This document shows, one piece after another, positions 1 to 8,127 of a stretch of 64,000 nucleotides of DNA. Numbering within the stretch: the first letter of the stretch is position 1; every line of letters begins with the position of its first letter. The position numbers and the translations under genes were made by a program. Where the stretch lies: NCBI GenBank assembly GCA_902761145.1, contig CACWJA010000003.1, positions 92 through 64,091 of the forward strand, read 5' to 3'. The notes below the pieces were generated by a model that was given only the letters and a program-made list of their open reading frames with translations, had not been told where the DNA came from and did no database searches. This stretch comes from an uncultured bacterium. Its GTDB lineage: Bacteria > Patescibacteriota > Saccharimonadia > Saccharimonadales > Saccharimonadaceae.

Positions 1-481
1 CTCTTTGGTGTGGCATTCCTTCCACTTCTGCTAGGATCAAAAGGATTTTCTCATTATCTGCTCAGTTAACGCTGTCAGTTTTTATGCCGAACTGTCGTAA
101 GTACTACAATTCAGCATAAAAATTATCTAATTTCGCAACCCCTTTAATAACTCTGGCCGTTAAACCGTATGGTTATCTTAAGGTTTAGACTATTCCAATT
201 TCGCTCGCCACTACTTTCGGAATCATTGGTTATTCTCTTTTCCTCGGCCTACTAAGATGATTCAGTTCGGTCGGTTCCCGTCCTCTACCCTATGTGTTCA
301 GGTAGCGACAATACGACATGACTCGTATTAGGTTTCCCCATTCAGCAATCCCCGGATCATTTCTCGTTGTCAGATCCCCGAGGCTTATCGCAGACTTCTA
401 CGGCCTTCATCGGTATTGATTGTCAAGGCATCCACTATCAGTGGATTGTCAAGGCATCCACTATCAGTGCCCTTAATTACC
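1..481 (-). rRNA. rrl: 23S rRNA, 5' end (partial; gene runs off the left edge of the window)
   Basis: Reverse complement reads GGTAATTAAGGGCACTGATAGTGGATGCCTTGACAATC..CCGATGAAGGCCGTAGAAGTCTGCGATAAGCCTCGGGG..GCTGAATGGGGAAACC..GAACTGAATCATCTTAGTAGGCCGAGGAAAAGAGAA..AGTAGTGGCGAGCGAA. These are the conserved domain-I motifs of bacterial 23S rRNA. No long ORF. Confidence 0.9.
418..469. repeat. Perfect tandem duplication, 2 x 26 bp (GATTGTCAAGGCATCCACTATCAGTG), inside the 5' terminus of the 23S gene
   Basis: 418..443 and 444..469 are identical. The unit carries the conserved GGATGCCTTG 23S 5' motif (minus strand). Confidence 0.95.
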
Positions 482-678
482 TTTTTATGCATTGACTTAA
501 CTAGTAATCGAAGTTTGATTACTTGCCGTCAATTAAAATCTTTTCATCGTTAATCTCAAATTGTTAAAACGGATAGTCCTTAAGAATTAACTCGAAGTGC
601 TATCGGCGACCTCAATTTATTCCTCGCTTCCTTTCTTTTTGTAGAGGTCGTAAATAACGACTTGCTTAAACTTCCTCC

Positions 679-707
679 ATTATATCGCACATTTCGCCCC
701 ATGTCAA
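679..707 (-). promoter_or_regulatory. Consensus sigma-70-type promoter upstream of the 23S rRNA
   Basis: Minus strand reads TTGACA (707..702), 17-nt spacer, TATAAT (684..679), about 190 nt upstream of the 23S 5' end. Confidence 0.6.
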
Positions 708-899
708 CACTTTTTTACACTTTTTTGGACATTTTTCGCGAAAAAGTAGCCCTTAGCCCTCTACTATGCAGCAATAGGGTCGGACTACTTCTATATTAGA
801 TATCAAATTTCCCCCTTCTATACCAGATCCAGCTCTAATGTAATTATCTCAATATCTAATCACAAACACTTCCGCTTGTAAACTATAAAACCTTGCGAC

Positions 900-2882
900 T
901 CACTTAACTAAGCAACGTACAGGATATCCTATTGGTCTGTTACTTGCATAGGCTGGATTAAGATTATATTCACTAATGAACAAGTTATACGAAGTTCCAA
1001 TACCACCCACTGTACTGGTATGATATTCACCAGTACTACCGACCCAACTAAGTGTGGTCTGAGAACCATAGGTAATATATCCAGACCGAACCAACCATAA
1101 AGAAGCAATACGAATTTTGTTAAATCCATCCACATCGTAACCAATGCCTGTGGGTTCATTCATTATGCTCTCAGCCATTAAGAGAGCATTCCATTCGCGA
1201 CTAGAAGCAGTATTAGCACTATCTCGCCCAATAGGCAATCTCCATCCAGCTGGACAAATAGAATCTGGGGCGTTGTCATATTGCTCTGTCATACTCGAAG
1301 TATCATTGCTTACTACTGCAGCAGACCAGTTATAGTAATTACCAGCATGATTATGAGCACTACAGTCCGGGTGGGTTTCCTGACAAGCTGCTAGTGACAA
1401 ATATTGCATATCGTCATCTATAGTACCAGAGCTATAAATATATAATTCACCAGGATCAGCAGAACTAGGAATATTTCTACTAACTTCCCATTCATCCACT
1501 TCTCCGCCAGTAAATTGTATAGTGCTATTAACTGGCGTCCAGCTAGCAGATATATTGGTATTCTCTGGAGTTAATGTTGTCTGGCTGTTTAGATCTAAAT
1601 CTAGATTCTGTGTCATCCAAATATTACCATCGGCTAGTCTCGCTACATAATATTCCTTATCATCACGGCTATCTACGGCGATCACCTCATCACCTATGCT
1701 GAGAGTGCTTCCCCAGGTGGCTACATCTTGCATATATAGTACGTCTTCTTCCCATTGTGCATAGAGAGTCACGTTTGCGGATTCCCCCGCTATAGCTGCA
1801 TACTCGGCTTCGTCTGAGTAGGTGTCACCTGCTCCTTCTGCATCTGTGTCCCAGCTGGTGAAATGGTAGCCTTCTTTAGTATATGTGTTTTCTGGGAGGG
1901 TGATAGTGGTACCTGCTGGGATGATGATGTTATCCATATCTTCTCCTCCGTCATTACCATTGCCATTGAAGGATAGGGTGGTGATGTAATTTGGTGTTGC
2001 CGAGTAGTTTATACTGCTACCTTCATAGATGCCTTTGGGCGTGTCTGGAGTAATGTAGAAGCCATAGTAGATGGTAGTAGTATCATTCTCTTCTGTTTCT
2101 GAATAGTCGTCTATGGACTTAAGTATAGTAGGATTAGATTGGTCTGTAGATAGTGTTGTGTATACTTCACTGTTTTGGTCTTGTGGTTGTTCTAGTGATA
2201 GACCCCAGGTGTTATCTGTGAGAGTAGTAACAGGACTCCATCCCTTACCTACACCTTCTTCATTTGGTTCTATTGGTTCTGGTAGGGTTGCCATTGGGAT
2301 CTTGTTGGAAGAGTCTGTAGTAGATACTATGTCTGTACTATCTGTGTATGCAGTGAGAGTGTAGCCTGCTTGGGTAGTTTCTTCTACAGTTAGCCCTACT
2401 GGAAGGACTGCAAAGACTGGTTCGTCGCCTACTTCTATGGTGAGTTCTTCACTATCTACGTCTAGAGTGAGGGAGGAGGATTCGTTTCCTTCTGTTGCGT
2501 TGGTATTGCTTTTGCCACTTTTTGCTAATAGTATGGCTAGTGTACCTACTGAGGCTAGGAGAGCTAGAGCAGATAGGCTAGCAGTGATACGTTTTTTGGA
2601 GGTGAATACTGTTTTACATTGGTTTATTATATGGACTAGTTTAGTGACTTTACCTTGTTTTATATGTTTCTTATATAGTATTGCTACTATTAGTGACGAT
2701 AATAGCAAGAATAGTGCTGAGCCTATGATAGTAGCTTCTGTACCGCCTATACCATGAGTGAATAGACCCGTGTCTGGAGTAGAGATGTCTGTAGTGGTAG
2801 TGATACTATCAGTAGGGTCTACTGGTGTAAAACTACCTGGTTCTACTATATTAATCTTGATATTAGTGGTAGTAGTAGCCAT
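900..2882 (-). CDS. Membrane-anchored surface protein. It has an N-terminal TM anchor, one Listeria-Bacteroides (Flg_new-type) repeat and a C-terminal Fibrobacter-succinogenes-major-paralogous (FISUMP, TIGR02145-like) domain.
   Basis: 660-aa ORF with AGGAGG 7 nt upstream of the ATG. Repeat: FNGNG..TLPENTYTKEGYHFTSWDT..VTLYAQWEE. FISUMP motifs: DGNIWMTQNL, NYYNWSAA, CPAGWRLP..REWNALL, YPVRCLVK at the C-terminus. Confidence 0.75.
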   Translation of the reverse strand: MATTTTNIKINIVEPGSFTPVDPTDSITTTTDISTPDTGLFTHGIGGTEATIIGSALFLLLSSLIVAILYKKHIKQGKVTKLVHIINQCKTVFTSKKRITASLSALALLASVGTLAILLAKSGKSNTNATEGNESSSLTLDVDSEELTIEVGDEPVFAVLPVGLTVEETTQAGYTLTAYTDSTDIVSTTDSSNKIPMATLPEPIEPNEEGVGKGWSPVTTLTDNTWGLSLEQPQDQNSEVYTTLSTDQSNPTILKSIDDYSETEENDTTTIYYGFYITPDTPKGIYEGSSINYSATPNYITTLSFNGNGNDGGEDMDNIIIPAGTTITLPENTYTKEGYHFTSWDTDAEGAGDTYSDEAEYAAIAGESANVTLYAQWEEDVLYMQDVATWGSTLSIGDEVIAVDSRDDKEYYVARLADGNIWMTQNLDLDLNSQTTLTPENTNISASWTPVNSTIQFTGGEVDEWEVSRNIPSSADPGELYIYSSGTIDDDMQYLSLAACQETHPDCSAHNHAGNYYNWSAAVVSNDTSSMTEQYDNAPDSICPAGWRLPIGRDSANTASSREWNALLMAESIMNEPTGIGYDVDGFNKIRIASLWLVRSGYITYGSQTTLSWVGSTGEYHTSTVGGIGTSYNLFISEYNLNPAYASNRPIGYPVRCLVK

Positions 2883-3299
2883 ATTGTATTGCCTCCTAGT
2901 TATATGGTTAGATTGATTATTATATAAACGATATATAGATGAATATTGTTGTTCTATTTATAATTCGTTGCATCGAGGAACATTAAGCACAAACTTGGCT
3001 TTAGCGAGTTTGTGCGCCGGAGGGGCGAAGTGATGTGATAATATATCTACTTATCACATCACGTAGCTTCCGAGATGTAATGAATTATAAATATCACTTA
3101 TATATGGTCTCTATATATACTTATGTTTATATTGTACCCCCCCGATGGAAAGTCAAGGGGGTTTGCGGCTAGATATTGTTATTAATGCAATAATAATTCT
3201 ATGGTAAGACAACTAAAATAATACTTTTGGGACCGTACCTGAAAAAACGTGGAAGGTAGAGAGCGAAGCTCGCCTGTACGAACACTGTAGGAGTCGAGG

Positions 3300-3323
3300 A
3301 TATAAAAAGCTAGCTTTTTATAT
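3300..3323. terminator. Perfect 24-bp palindrome (ATATAAAAAGCT/AGCTTTTTATAT) overlapping the stop codon of 3318..4268; terminator-like hairpin
   Basis: 12-bp perfect stem with A/T runs, at the 3' end of a minus-strand gene. Confidence 0.4.
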
Positions 3324-4268
3324 CGAGTTCGCCTCTTTATCCTTGGATTTCCGCACCTTTTTTATTATTATAGTAACAAACCATACCAACAGTAGCGCTA
3401 TCAAGAATATCACTATAAATAGCAGCCAGAGTGGGCATATTACTATTATTTTTTCATTTACAGAGGTTTCACCAAATATAGTCACTGTTTGCTTTGCCCG
3501 GAATATTCCTACCACTGGCACATCTTCCCAGGTATTGAAAAAATATCTAGTAGTATCTGGTAGCACCAGTTTATCATTATCTTCACTTTCTTCATTAGTA
3601 TATATTTCTTCGTCCGAAAAAAGCGGCCACACTTGCAACACACTCTTAGCGTCTGTGTGTACATTACCAGTGTTTTTTACCCCCGCGCTTGCCACAAAAG
3701 GCGCACTCATCACGAATGTTGGCATATTATTTTCAAATACCTCGCCATATTCACGCGTCTGCCCTGCTACATCCGCCACCACCACCGACGCTACCGCACT
3801 AATGCCAGATATTTGTACACCATTATTATTTGCGCTATCAAAGCTAGTTACGTCTTGTGCCACTATTGCCGCATATTGTCCTCCAGCAGGCACATCCTTT
3901 GGTACCTTTACAGTGAAGCCAATTTCCATATTATCATTTGGTTTTAATGTGCCCTCAGTTTTATCCAAAGTAATCCAATCCACTATCTGCGTATATGTAC
4001 CCACTTTGTCAAATACCGGATCATAATCATCATTTGCCACGCTATATGGCGCTACATATAATTGAAACTTCAAATCATTCTCCGACATAGCCGGATTAGA
4101 CACTATCACGCTAGATCTATAAGTCTCCCCTGGTTTCAAAGAAATTCGTTGCGACGTCGGACCAAAAGTCAAGCTACTCTCTGTACCTTCCGCATGCACA
4201 TTACTTATGCATAGCGTAGCTACTACACTACATATTACTGTGCAAACAATTATTCTAATCCACTTCAT
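3318..4268 (-). CDS. Cell-surface protein resembling the DUF916/DUF3324 partner proteins of WxL loci (signal peptide, Ig-like body, C-terminal TM plus basic tail)
   Basis: Start moved to the ATG at 4268 (MKWIRIIVCTV.. signal peptide, GGAGG upstream); the longer track ORF would overlap the upstream gene. Body motif: VDWITLDKTEGTLKPNDNMEIGFTVKVPKDVPAGGQYAAIV. C-terminal LFIVIFLIALLLVWFV TM followed by KKVRKSKDK. Confidence 0.55.
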   Translation of the reverse strand: MKWIRIIVCTVICSVVATLCISNVHAEGTESSLTFGPTSQRISLKPGETYRSSVIVSNPAMSENDLKFQLYVAPYSVANDDYDPVFDKVGTYTQIVDWITLDKTEGTLKPNDNMEIGFTVKVPKDVPAGGQYAAIVAQDVTSFDSANNNGVQISGISAVASVVVADVAGQTREYGEVFENNMPTFVMSAPFVASAGVKNTGNVHTDAKSVLQVWPLFSDEEIYTNEESEDNDKLVLPDTTRYFFNTWEDVPVVGIFRAKQTVTIFGETSVNEKIIVICPLWLLFIVIFLIALLLVWFVTIIIKKVRKSKDKEANSI

Positions 4269-4281
4269 ATTCCTCCTCTCA

Positions 4282-4851
4282 TTATTCCGATAATACCATA
4301 TCTTGTTCGTCCACGCTACACGTAAAACCATTTTTCTCGTAATATTCCTGCACTTCGTCGGCACCACTCTGAGTCATGATGCTATCCAGCATCACTAGCG
4401 GTGCCATCTCGTCAGTAAATTTCCCCCCTTCTATGGATATTACCATTTTGCCTATATTATCTACATTCGTTACAGTATTGATTATCAATTTCTTAGGAAT
4501 ATCATATCCCCCCATATAATCATTATACGCCGCACCTAGTTTAGTCGTAAAGATACTCGTAGATTCTTCGTTAGAGAATCTCTTACTTACCACAAAATTC
4601 ACACGATAAATCTTATCATCTAAGAATATCACTCTAGCCTCGTAGTCTACATTTTTATCGTCGCCAAGCAGCACGTATTTTCCCACACCTGTCCCATTGC
4701 ACACCAAATACTTACTCACTGTATCATTTGTCATATCCTCTTTGACAAAATTAAACCTATACACTAAAAACCCCACCAATCCTAGTATTACCGCCACGGC
4801 CAGCACCATCAGCACTCTTTGCCACCATTTTTTTTCTCTCTTATCGCTCAT
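4282..4851 (-). CDS. Membrane-anchored hypothetical protein (weak resemblance to DUF1307/YehR-like lipoprotein fold)
   Basis: 189-aa ORF with an N-terminal TM (VLMVLAVAVILGLVGFLV). Packed 14 nt upstream of 3318..4268. Confidence 0.55.
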   Translation of the reverse strand: MSDKREKKWWQRVLMVLAVAVILGLVGFLVYRFNFVKEDMTNDTVSKYLVCNGTGVGKYVLLGDDKNVDYEARVIFLDDKIYRVNFVVSKRFSNEESTSIFTTKLGAAYNDYMGGYDIPKKLIINTVTNVDNIGKMVISIEGGKFTDEMAPLVMLDSIMTQSGADEVQEYYEKNGFTCSVDEQDMVLSE

Positions 4852-4937
4852 CTTTCAATATATTATATCATCACACATAATTGCAACACACAAAATACCG
4901 CCAACCATCTGGCGGTATTTCCAAAGCTATATTATTA

Positions 4938-5552
4938 TCACAAAGGAGCAGACAATATATACTTCACATAACCAGTGTAAGTATCAGCTTTTTGCACAGG
5001 AGAAACCCATACCTGGTACGTAGGGAAAAGCGCACCCCCACTCACACCATCAGCACTCGAAGCTATAGTGGTAGAAGTTTCTGGTATAGGCATATAGCCA
5101 CTGTACTCAGGCAACGCGCCGGCGCCAACAACTCTAATGGCCCAGTTAGATGTATTGCCACTAGTAGCAGTACCAGTAGGTATATCTGTGCCATCAGAGC
5201 TAGCTTTAAGTACCGTCTGAGCAGTAGAGCTGCCCACACCAGCTACGCCCTGAGCAGTCACCTTCCACCCGCCAGCGTCATTACAACTGAAGATCAGACT
5301 ACTATAACTGCCCTCCCAAGACTGACCATCTCCTCCAATCAAAGTACCAGGCGTCACTGTCTTACTAGCAGTACCGTTCGGACCACCAGGCTCCTGTGGA
5401 GTTACATCGGACCTCATATTGCACACAGTATTTACCGTCACCTGTATCTGATCTACTACGGCTTCGCCATATGTCTCGGCAAACACCCCGGCCACCGGCA
5501 TAGCTGCTACTGCCAATGAGGCCGCTCCAGCTACTATCATTCTTTTCTTCAT
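4938..5552 (-). CDS. Secreted WxL-like domain protein
   Basis: AAGGAG SD; signal peptide MKKRMIVAGAASLAVAAMPVAGVFA. Motifs GGWKVTAQG and the C-terminal DTYTGYVKYILSAPL resemble the two WxL motifs (W replaced by Y in the second). Sits next to a DUF916-like gene, as in WxL loci. Confidence 0.5.
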   Translation of the reverse strand: MKKRMIVAGAASLAVAAMPVAGVFAETYGEAVVDQIQVTVNTVCNMRSDVTPQEPGGPNGTASKTVTPGTLIGGDGQSWEGSYSSLIFSCNDAGGWKVTAQGVAGVGSSTAQTVLKASSDGTDIPTGTATSGNTSNWAIRVVGAGALPEYSGYMPIPETSTTIASSADGVSGGALFPTYQVWVSPVQKADTYTGYVKYILSAPL

Positions 5553-5713
5553 GTATTTCTCCTTCTGCTCCTATGAAGATTAAACTATTTATATTTACAT
5601 TAAATTATAACCTTTAACATTTCTAATGTTAACATAAGCTTCATCCAAAAGTCAAGCATTTTCGCAAAATCATTTTCCCAACACTATAGTCAATTACGAA
5701 CAATCATTCGATA

Positions 5714-6451
5714 TTATCGCGATCCCTCTACACCTACACTAGGCTCATTTGGACAATTAGCGAGCACACTATTTATCACATCCTTCTCAGCCTCTGTCAC
5801 CCACAACCCATATTTAAATTTTACCGATACCTGTCTTGCCACATACTGACATCTAAACTTCTTATTTGGCGGCAACCAAGTCGCCGCATCGCCATCAGAT
5901 TTCTTTCCATTTGCCGCCGCATCTACCGCCAGCAAATTTAGCGGATCAGTAGCTATATCGTATCGCACTTTAGTATCCATATATTGTGCGCCCTTCTGCC
6001 AGGCATCGCTCAGTGCCACCACATGGTCTATTTGTATACCTTTGGATATTTCTTCGCGCTTGTCAAACTTTTTGTGTTCCCCAGTGTACGGATCATCATA
6101 TTCTCCAGCCACCACGTTACATCCATCCAGTACGGCACTGTATCCAAACTCTCTTTTTAGTATTCTCTGGCGCAAATTACACCCATCCACCGTTGGCCAG
6201 CTACTATAAAACTCATCTCTGCTATATCCAGTCTTCGGAGCTCTACCTTTTACTTCTAACTTTTCCAATATGTCAACAGCCAACGGCACATTTGGGTCCG
6301 CCACAGTTACCGCTTCTGCAGCATATTCTAAGCCATCATCCTCCGCCTTCGTAACTACGGTTTCATAGCTCGCTGGATTTATTACCAGCCACACGATCAC
6401 ACCACCCAAAGCAAATAGTACACATACTAGCCTTCTAATCCTTAGCTTCAT
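5714..6451 (-). CDS. Secreted or membrane-anchored DUF1524/HNH-type nuclease
   Basis: N-terminal TM/signal (VCVLFALGGVIVWLVI). Motifs IQIDHVVALSDAWQKGA and DPLNLLAVDAAANGKKSDGDAATWLPPN are typical of the GmrSD-C/DUF1524 His-Me finger family. Confidence 0.7.
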   Translation of the reverse strand: MKLRIRRLVCVLFALGGVIVWLVINPASYETVVTKAEDDGLEYAAEAVTVADPNVPLAVDILEKLEVKGRAPKTGYSRDEFYSSWPTVDGCNLRQRILKREFGYSAVLDGCNVVAGEYDDPYTGEHKKFDKREEISKGIQIDHVVALSDAWQKGAQYMDTKVRYDIATDPLNLLAVDAAANGKKSDGDAATWLPPNKKFRCQYVARQVSVKFKYGLWVTEAEKDVINSVLANCPNEPSVGVEGSR

Positions 6452-6507
6452 ATCTCATATTATAACATTGCGATCGCCCCTTACTTAGAACAATCCCCAC
6501 GCACAAA

Positions 6508-6533
6508 ACAAGCCAGACATATGTCTGGCTTGT
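6508..6533 (-). terminator. Intrinsic terminator-like palindrome downstream of 6566..7855
   Basis: ACAAGCCAGACATATGTCTGGCTTGT is a perfect hairpin, followed on the minus strand by TTTG. Confidence 0.55.
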
Positions 6534-6565
6534 TCCAAGTTCCCGCCCTAGGTAAAGCGGTCTAC

Positions 6566-7855
6566 TTACATTAACTTTTTACGACTAGCAATATAGTATC
6601 CTAATGCAGTCACTACCGATCCAGCGCCTACAGCACCTGTTACTATCGTACCAGGACCAGTTTTCACTATCACGGAAGGAGTCTCAGTAGGAGTATCCGG
6701 CTTCGCCGGTTCATCTGGAGTTACCGGTTCATCTGGAGTTACCGGTTCATCTGGAGTTACTGGAGTATCACAAGTCTTATTCACCATTACAGATGCATCA
6801 TCCTTAGCTACCACAGCACCACTCACAGTAGAGTTAGCCCAGTTTACCAATTGATTTTTACCACAAACCATAGTCTTATCCACCACCTTACCGGCAAAAA
6901 CTACTATAGCATTTCCCTTGCTTTCGTAATCACCAATATTTACACCAGTAGTAGTAATGTCATTGCTCGATAACTTCACGCCATCTTTATGGTTGTAGTT
7001 ATAAACATAAGTAGAATCAGCAACATACTCTACGTTGGTTGGCAATATATCGCGAATCATCACATCAGTCACCTTATCGGCAAGTAAGTTCTGATATTCA
7101 ATACGATATTCTATCTCGTCACCAACTTTTGCTTCTACCACTTCGCTCCAATCTTTAGTACCCTTAATGCGTACTTGCTTGGTAAGCTTAGCAGATACAG
7201 AAGCGTGAACTTTTACCTGAATAGTGGCTTCACCATCATATTGATAACATCCAGGGATTTTACCATCTAATTGAGTGTAACCAACTAAAGCCCCCGAAGT
7301 AATTACTTCGTCAGGAAGAGACACAGCGCCCATTTCACTATTGGTATATTTAGCAGAACCCTTTACATATTCTATGTAAAAATTGTCATCGGATTTCAAA
7401 ACTACCTCATCCCAATATCTATTAGGAGTAGCATTAGATGAATCTATATACCCAATAATAGTATGAGATTTTGATACCGTAGTAGGAAGCGAAAAAGTAG
7501 TTTTTACATTTTCCGCAACAGCATCTGTGCCCTTAGGGCTATTATTATGAACATACAGACGAATCGTATATGTTTCACCGTCTTTTACGTTTATTTCATT
7601 GGCATTCCATACTTTACCAGTATCGGAGCTAAGCTTAGCGCCAACGAAATTCTTTTCATCACCTATCGCACCATCAGAGATAGAGTTAAAGGTGATAGTA
7701 TCGCCGAGTTTACCGGCATTTATTTCTGCTATAGTATAGCTAGGACGACCATTTGCAGAATCACCCCATGCAGTCACTATGGCAGGAGTCAGCGTAGCAG
7801 CAGCAACTATAGCTGCAGCAGATACGCCAAGCAGAGATTTGTAAATTGTTTTCAT
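6566..7855 (-). CDS. Surface protein with a DUF11 (conserved repeat) domain, a (VTPDEP)3 linker and a C-terminal sortase-type sorting signal
   Basis: Signal peptide. VGDEIEYRIEYQNLLADKVTDVMIRDILPTNVEYVADS matches the DUF11/TIGR01451 pattern. C-terminus: IVKTGPG, hydrophobic stretch, then SRKKLM. Confidence 0.7.
   Translation of the reverse strand: MKTIYKSLLGVSAAAIVAAATLTPAIVTAWGDSANGRPSYTIAEINAGKLGDTITFNSISDGAIGDEKNFVGAKLSSDTGKVWNANEINVKDGETYTIRLYVHNNSPKGTDAVAENVKTTFSLPTTVSKSHTIIGYIDSSNATPNRYWDEVVLKSDDNFYIEYVKGSAKYTNSEMGAVSLPDEVITSGALVGYTQLDGKIPGCYQYDGEATIQVKVHASVSAKLTKQVRIKGTKDWSEVVEAKVGDEIEYRIEYQNLLADKVTDVMIRDILPTNVEYVADSTYVYNYNHKDGVKLSSNDITTTGVNIGDYESKGNAIVVFAGKVVDKTMVCGKNQLVNWANSTVSGAVVAKDDASVMVNKTCDTPVTPDEPVTPDEPVTPDEPAKPDTPTETPSVIVKTGPGTIVTGAVGAGSVVTALGYYIASRKKLM
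6706..6759. repeat. 3 x 18-bp perfect tandem repeat (CCGGTTCATCTGGAGTTA) encoding (VTPDEP)3
   Basis: Identical units at 6706, 6724 and 6742. Confidence 0.95.
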
Positions 7856-8127
7856 AATTATCCTTTCTTCAAATCAATAAACAATTAAATTTTCTAGTTC
7901 AAAAGCAATCTTTTCATCAATTTTTGAGTCGGAATTCACTTCTAATTCAAAAATCTTACTGATTTCTTTTGTCGGACTTTTCTTTGCGAAAAAGTCCAGT
8001 AAATTGCTAGTCGAATTGTTAATTTTCGTCTACGCAACCGAATCATCTCAGTCTCAAATGCATCTTGGCAGTCGCCCAGCAGCAAAAGCTGCTGGGCATT
8101 AAAGTACCTAGGGTATTACCCTAATCT

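Noticed and set aside
30-198. AT-rich hairpin-containing stretch within 23S domain I (about 170 nt between the GCGAGCGAA and GTGGAAGG motifs), considered as a possible rRNA insertion or intron
   Set aside because: This part of domain I varies in length among bacteria. Without an alignment I cannot show it exceeds normal variation, and no intron or homing-endonuclease features are visible.
3343-4026. 227-aa (+) ORF, and the 104-aa ORF at 3633..3947
   Set aside because: They lie entirely antisense to 3318..4268, which has a signal peptide, an SD and recognisable domain motifs. The antisense products are low-complexity Ser/Thr/Cys-rich with no start signals.
3318-4367. Longer N-terminal extensions offered by the ORF track. 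These are 3318..4367, 10272..10796, 8128..10005 (GTG), 26295..27935 (TTG), 28005..29036, 15827..18274, 39159..39959 and 39929..40429.
   Set aside because: The extensions overlap upstream genes, tRNAs or promoter boxes and lack an SD. Internal ATGs with an SD or a TATAAT-N6 context give sensible signal peptides or prepilin N-termini.
4881-5519. 212-aa (+) ORF
   Set aside because: It is antisense to the WxL-like gene 4938..5552, which has a strong SD and a signal peptide. The product is Arg/Ser/His-rich, typical of a reverse-frame artefact.
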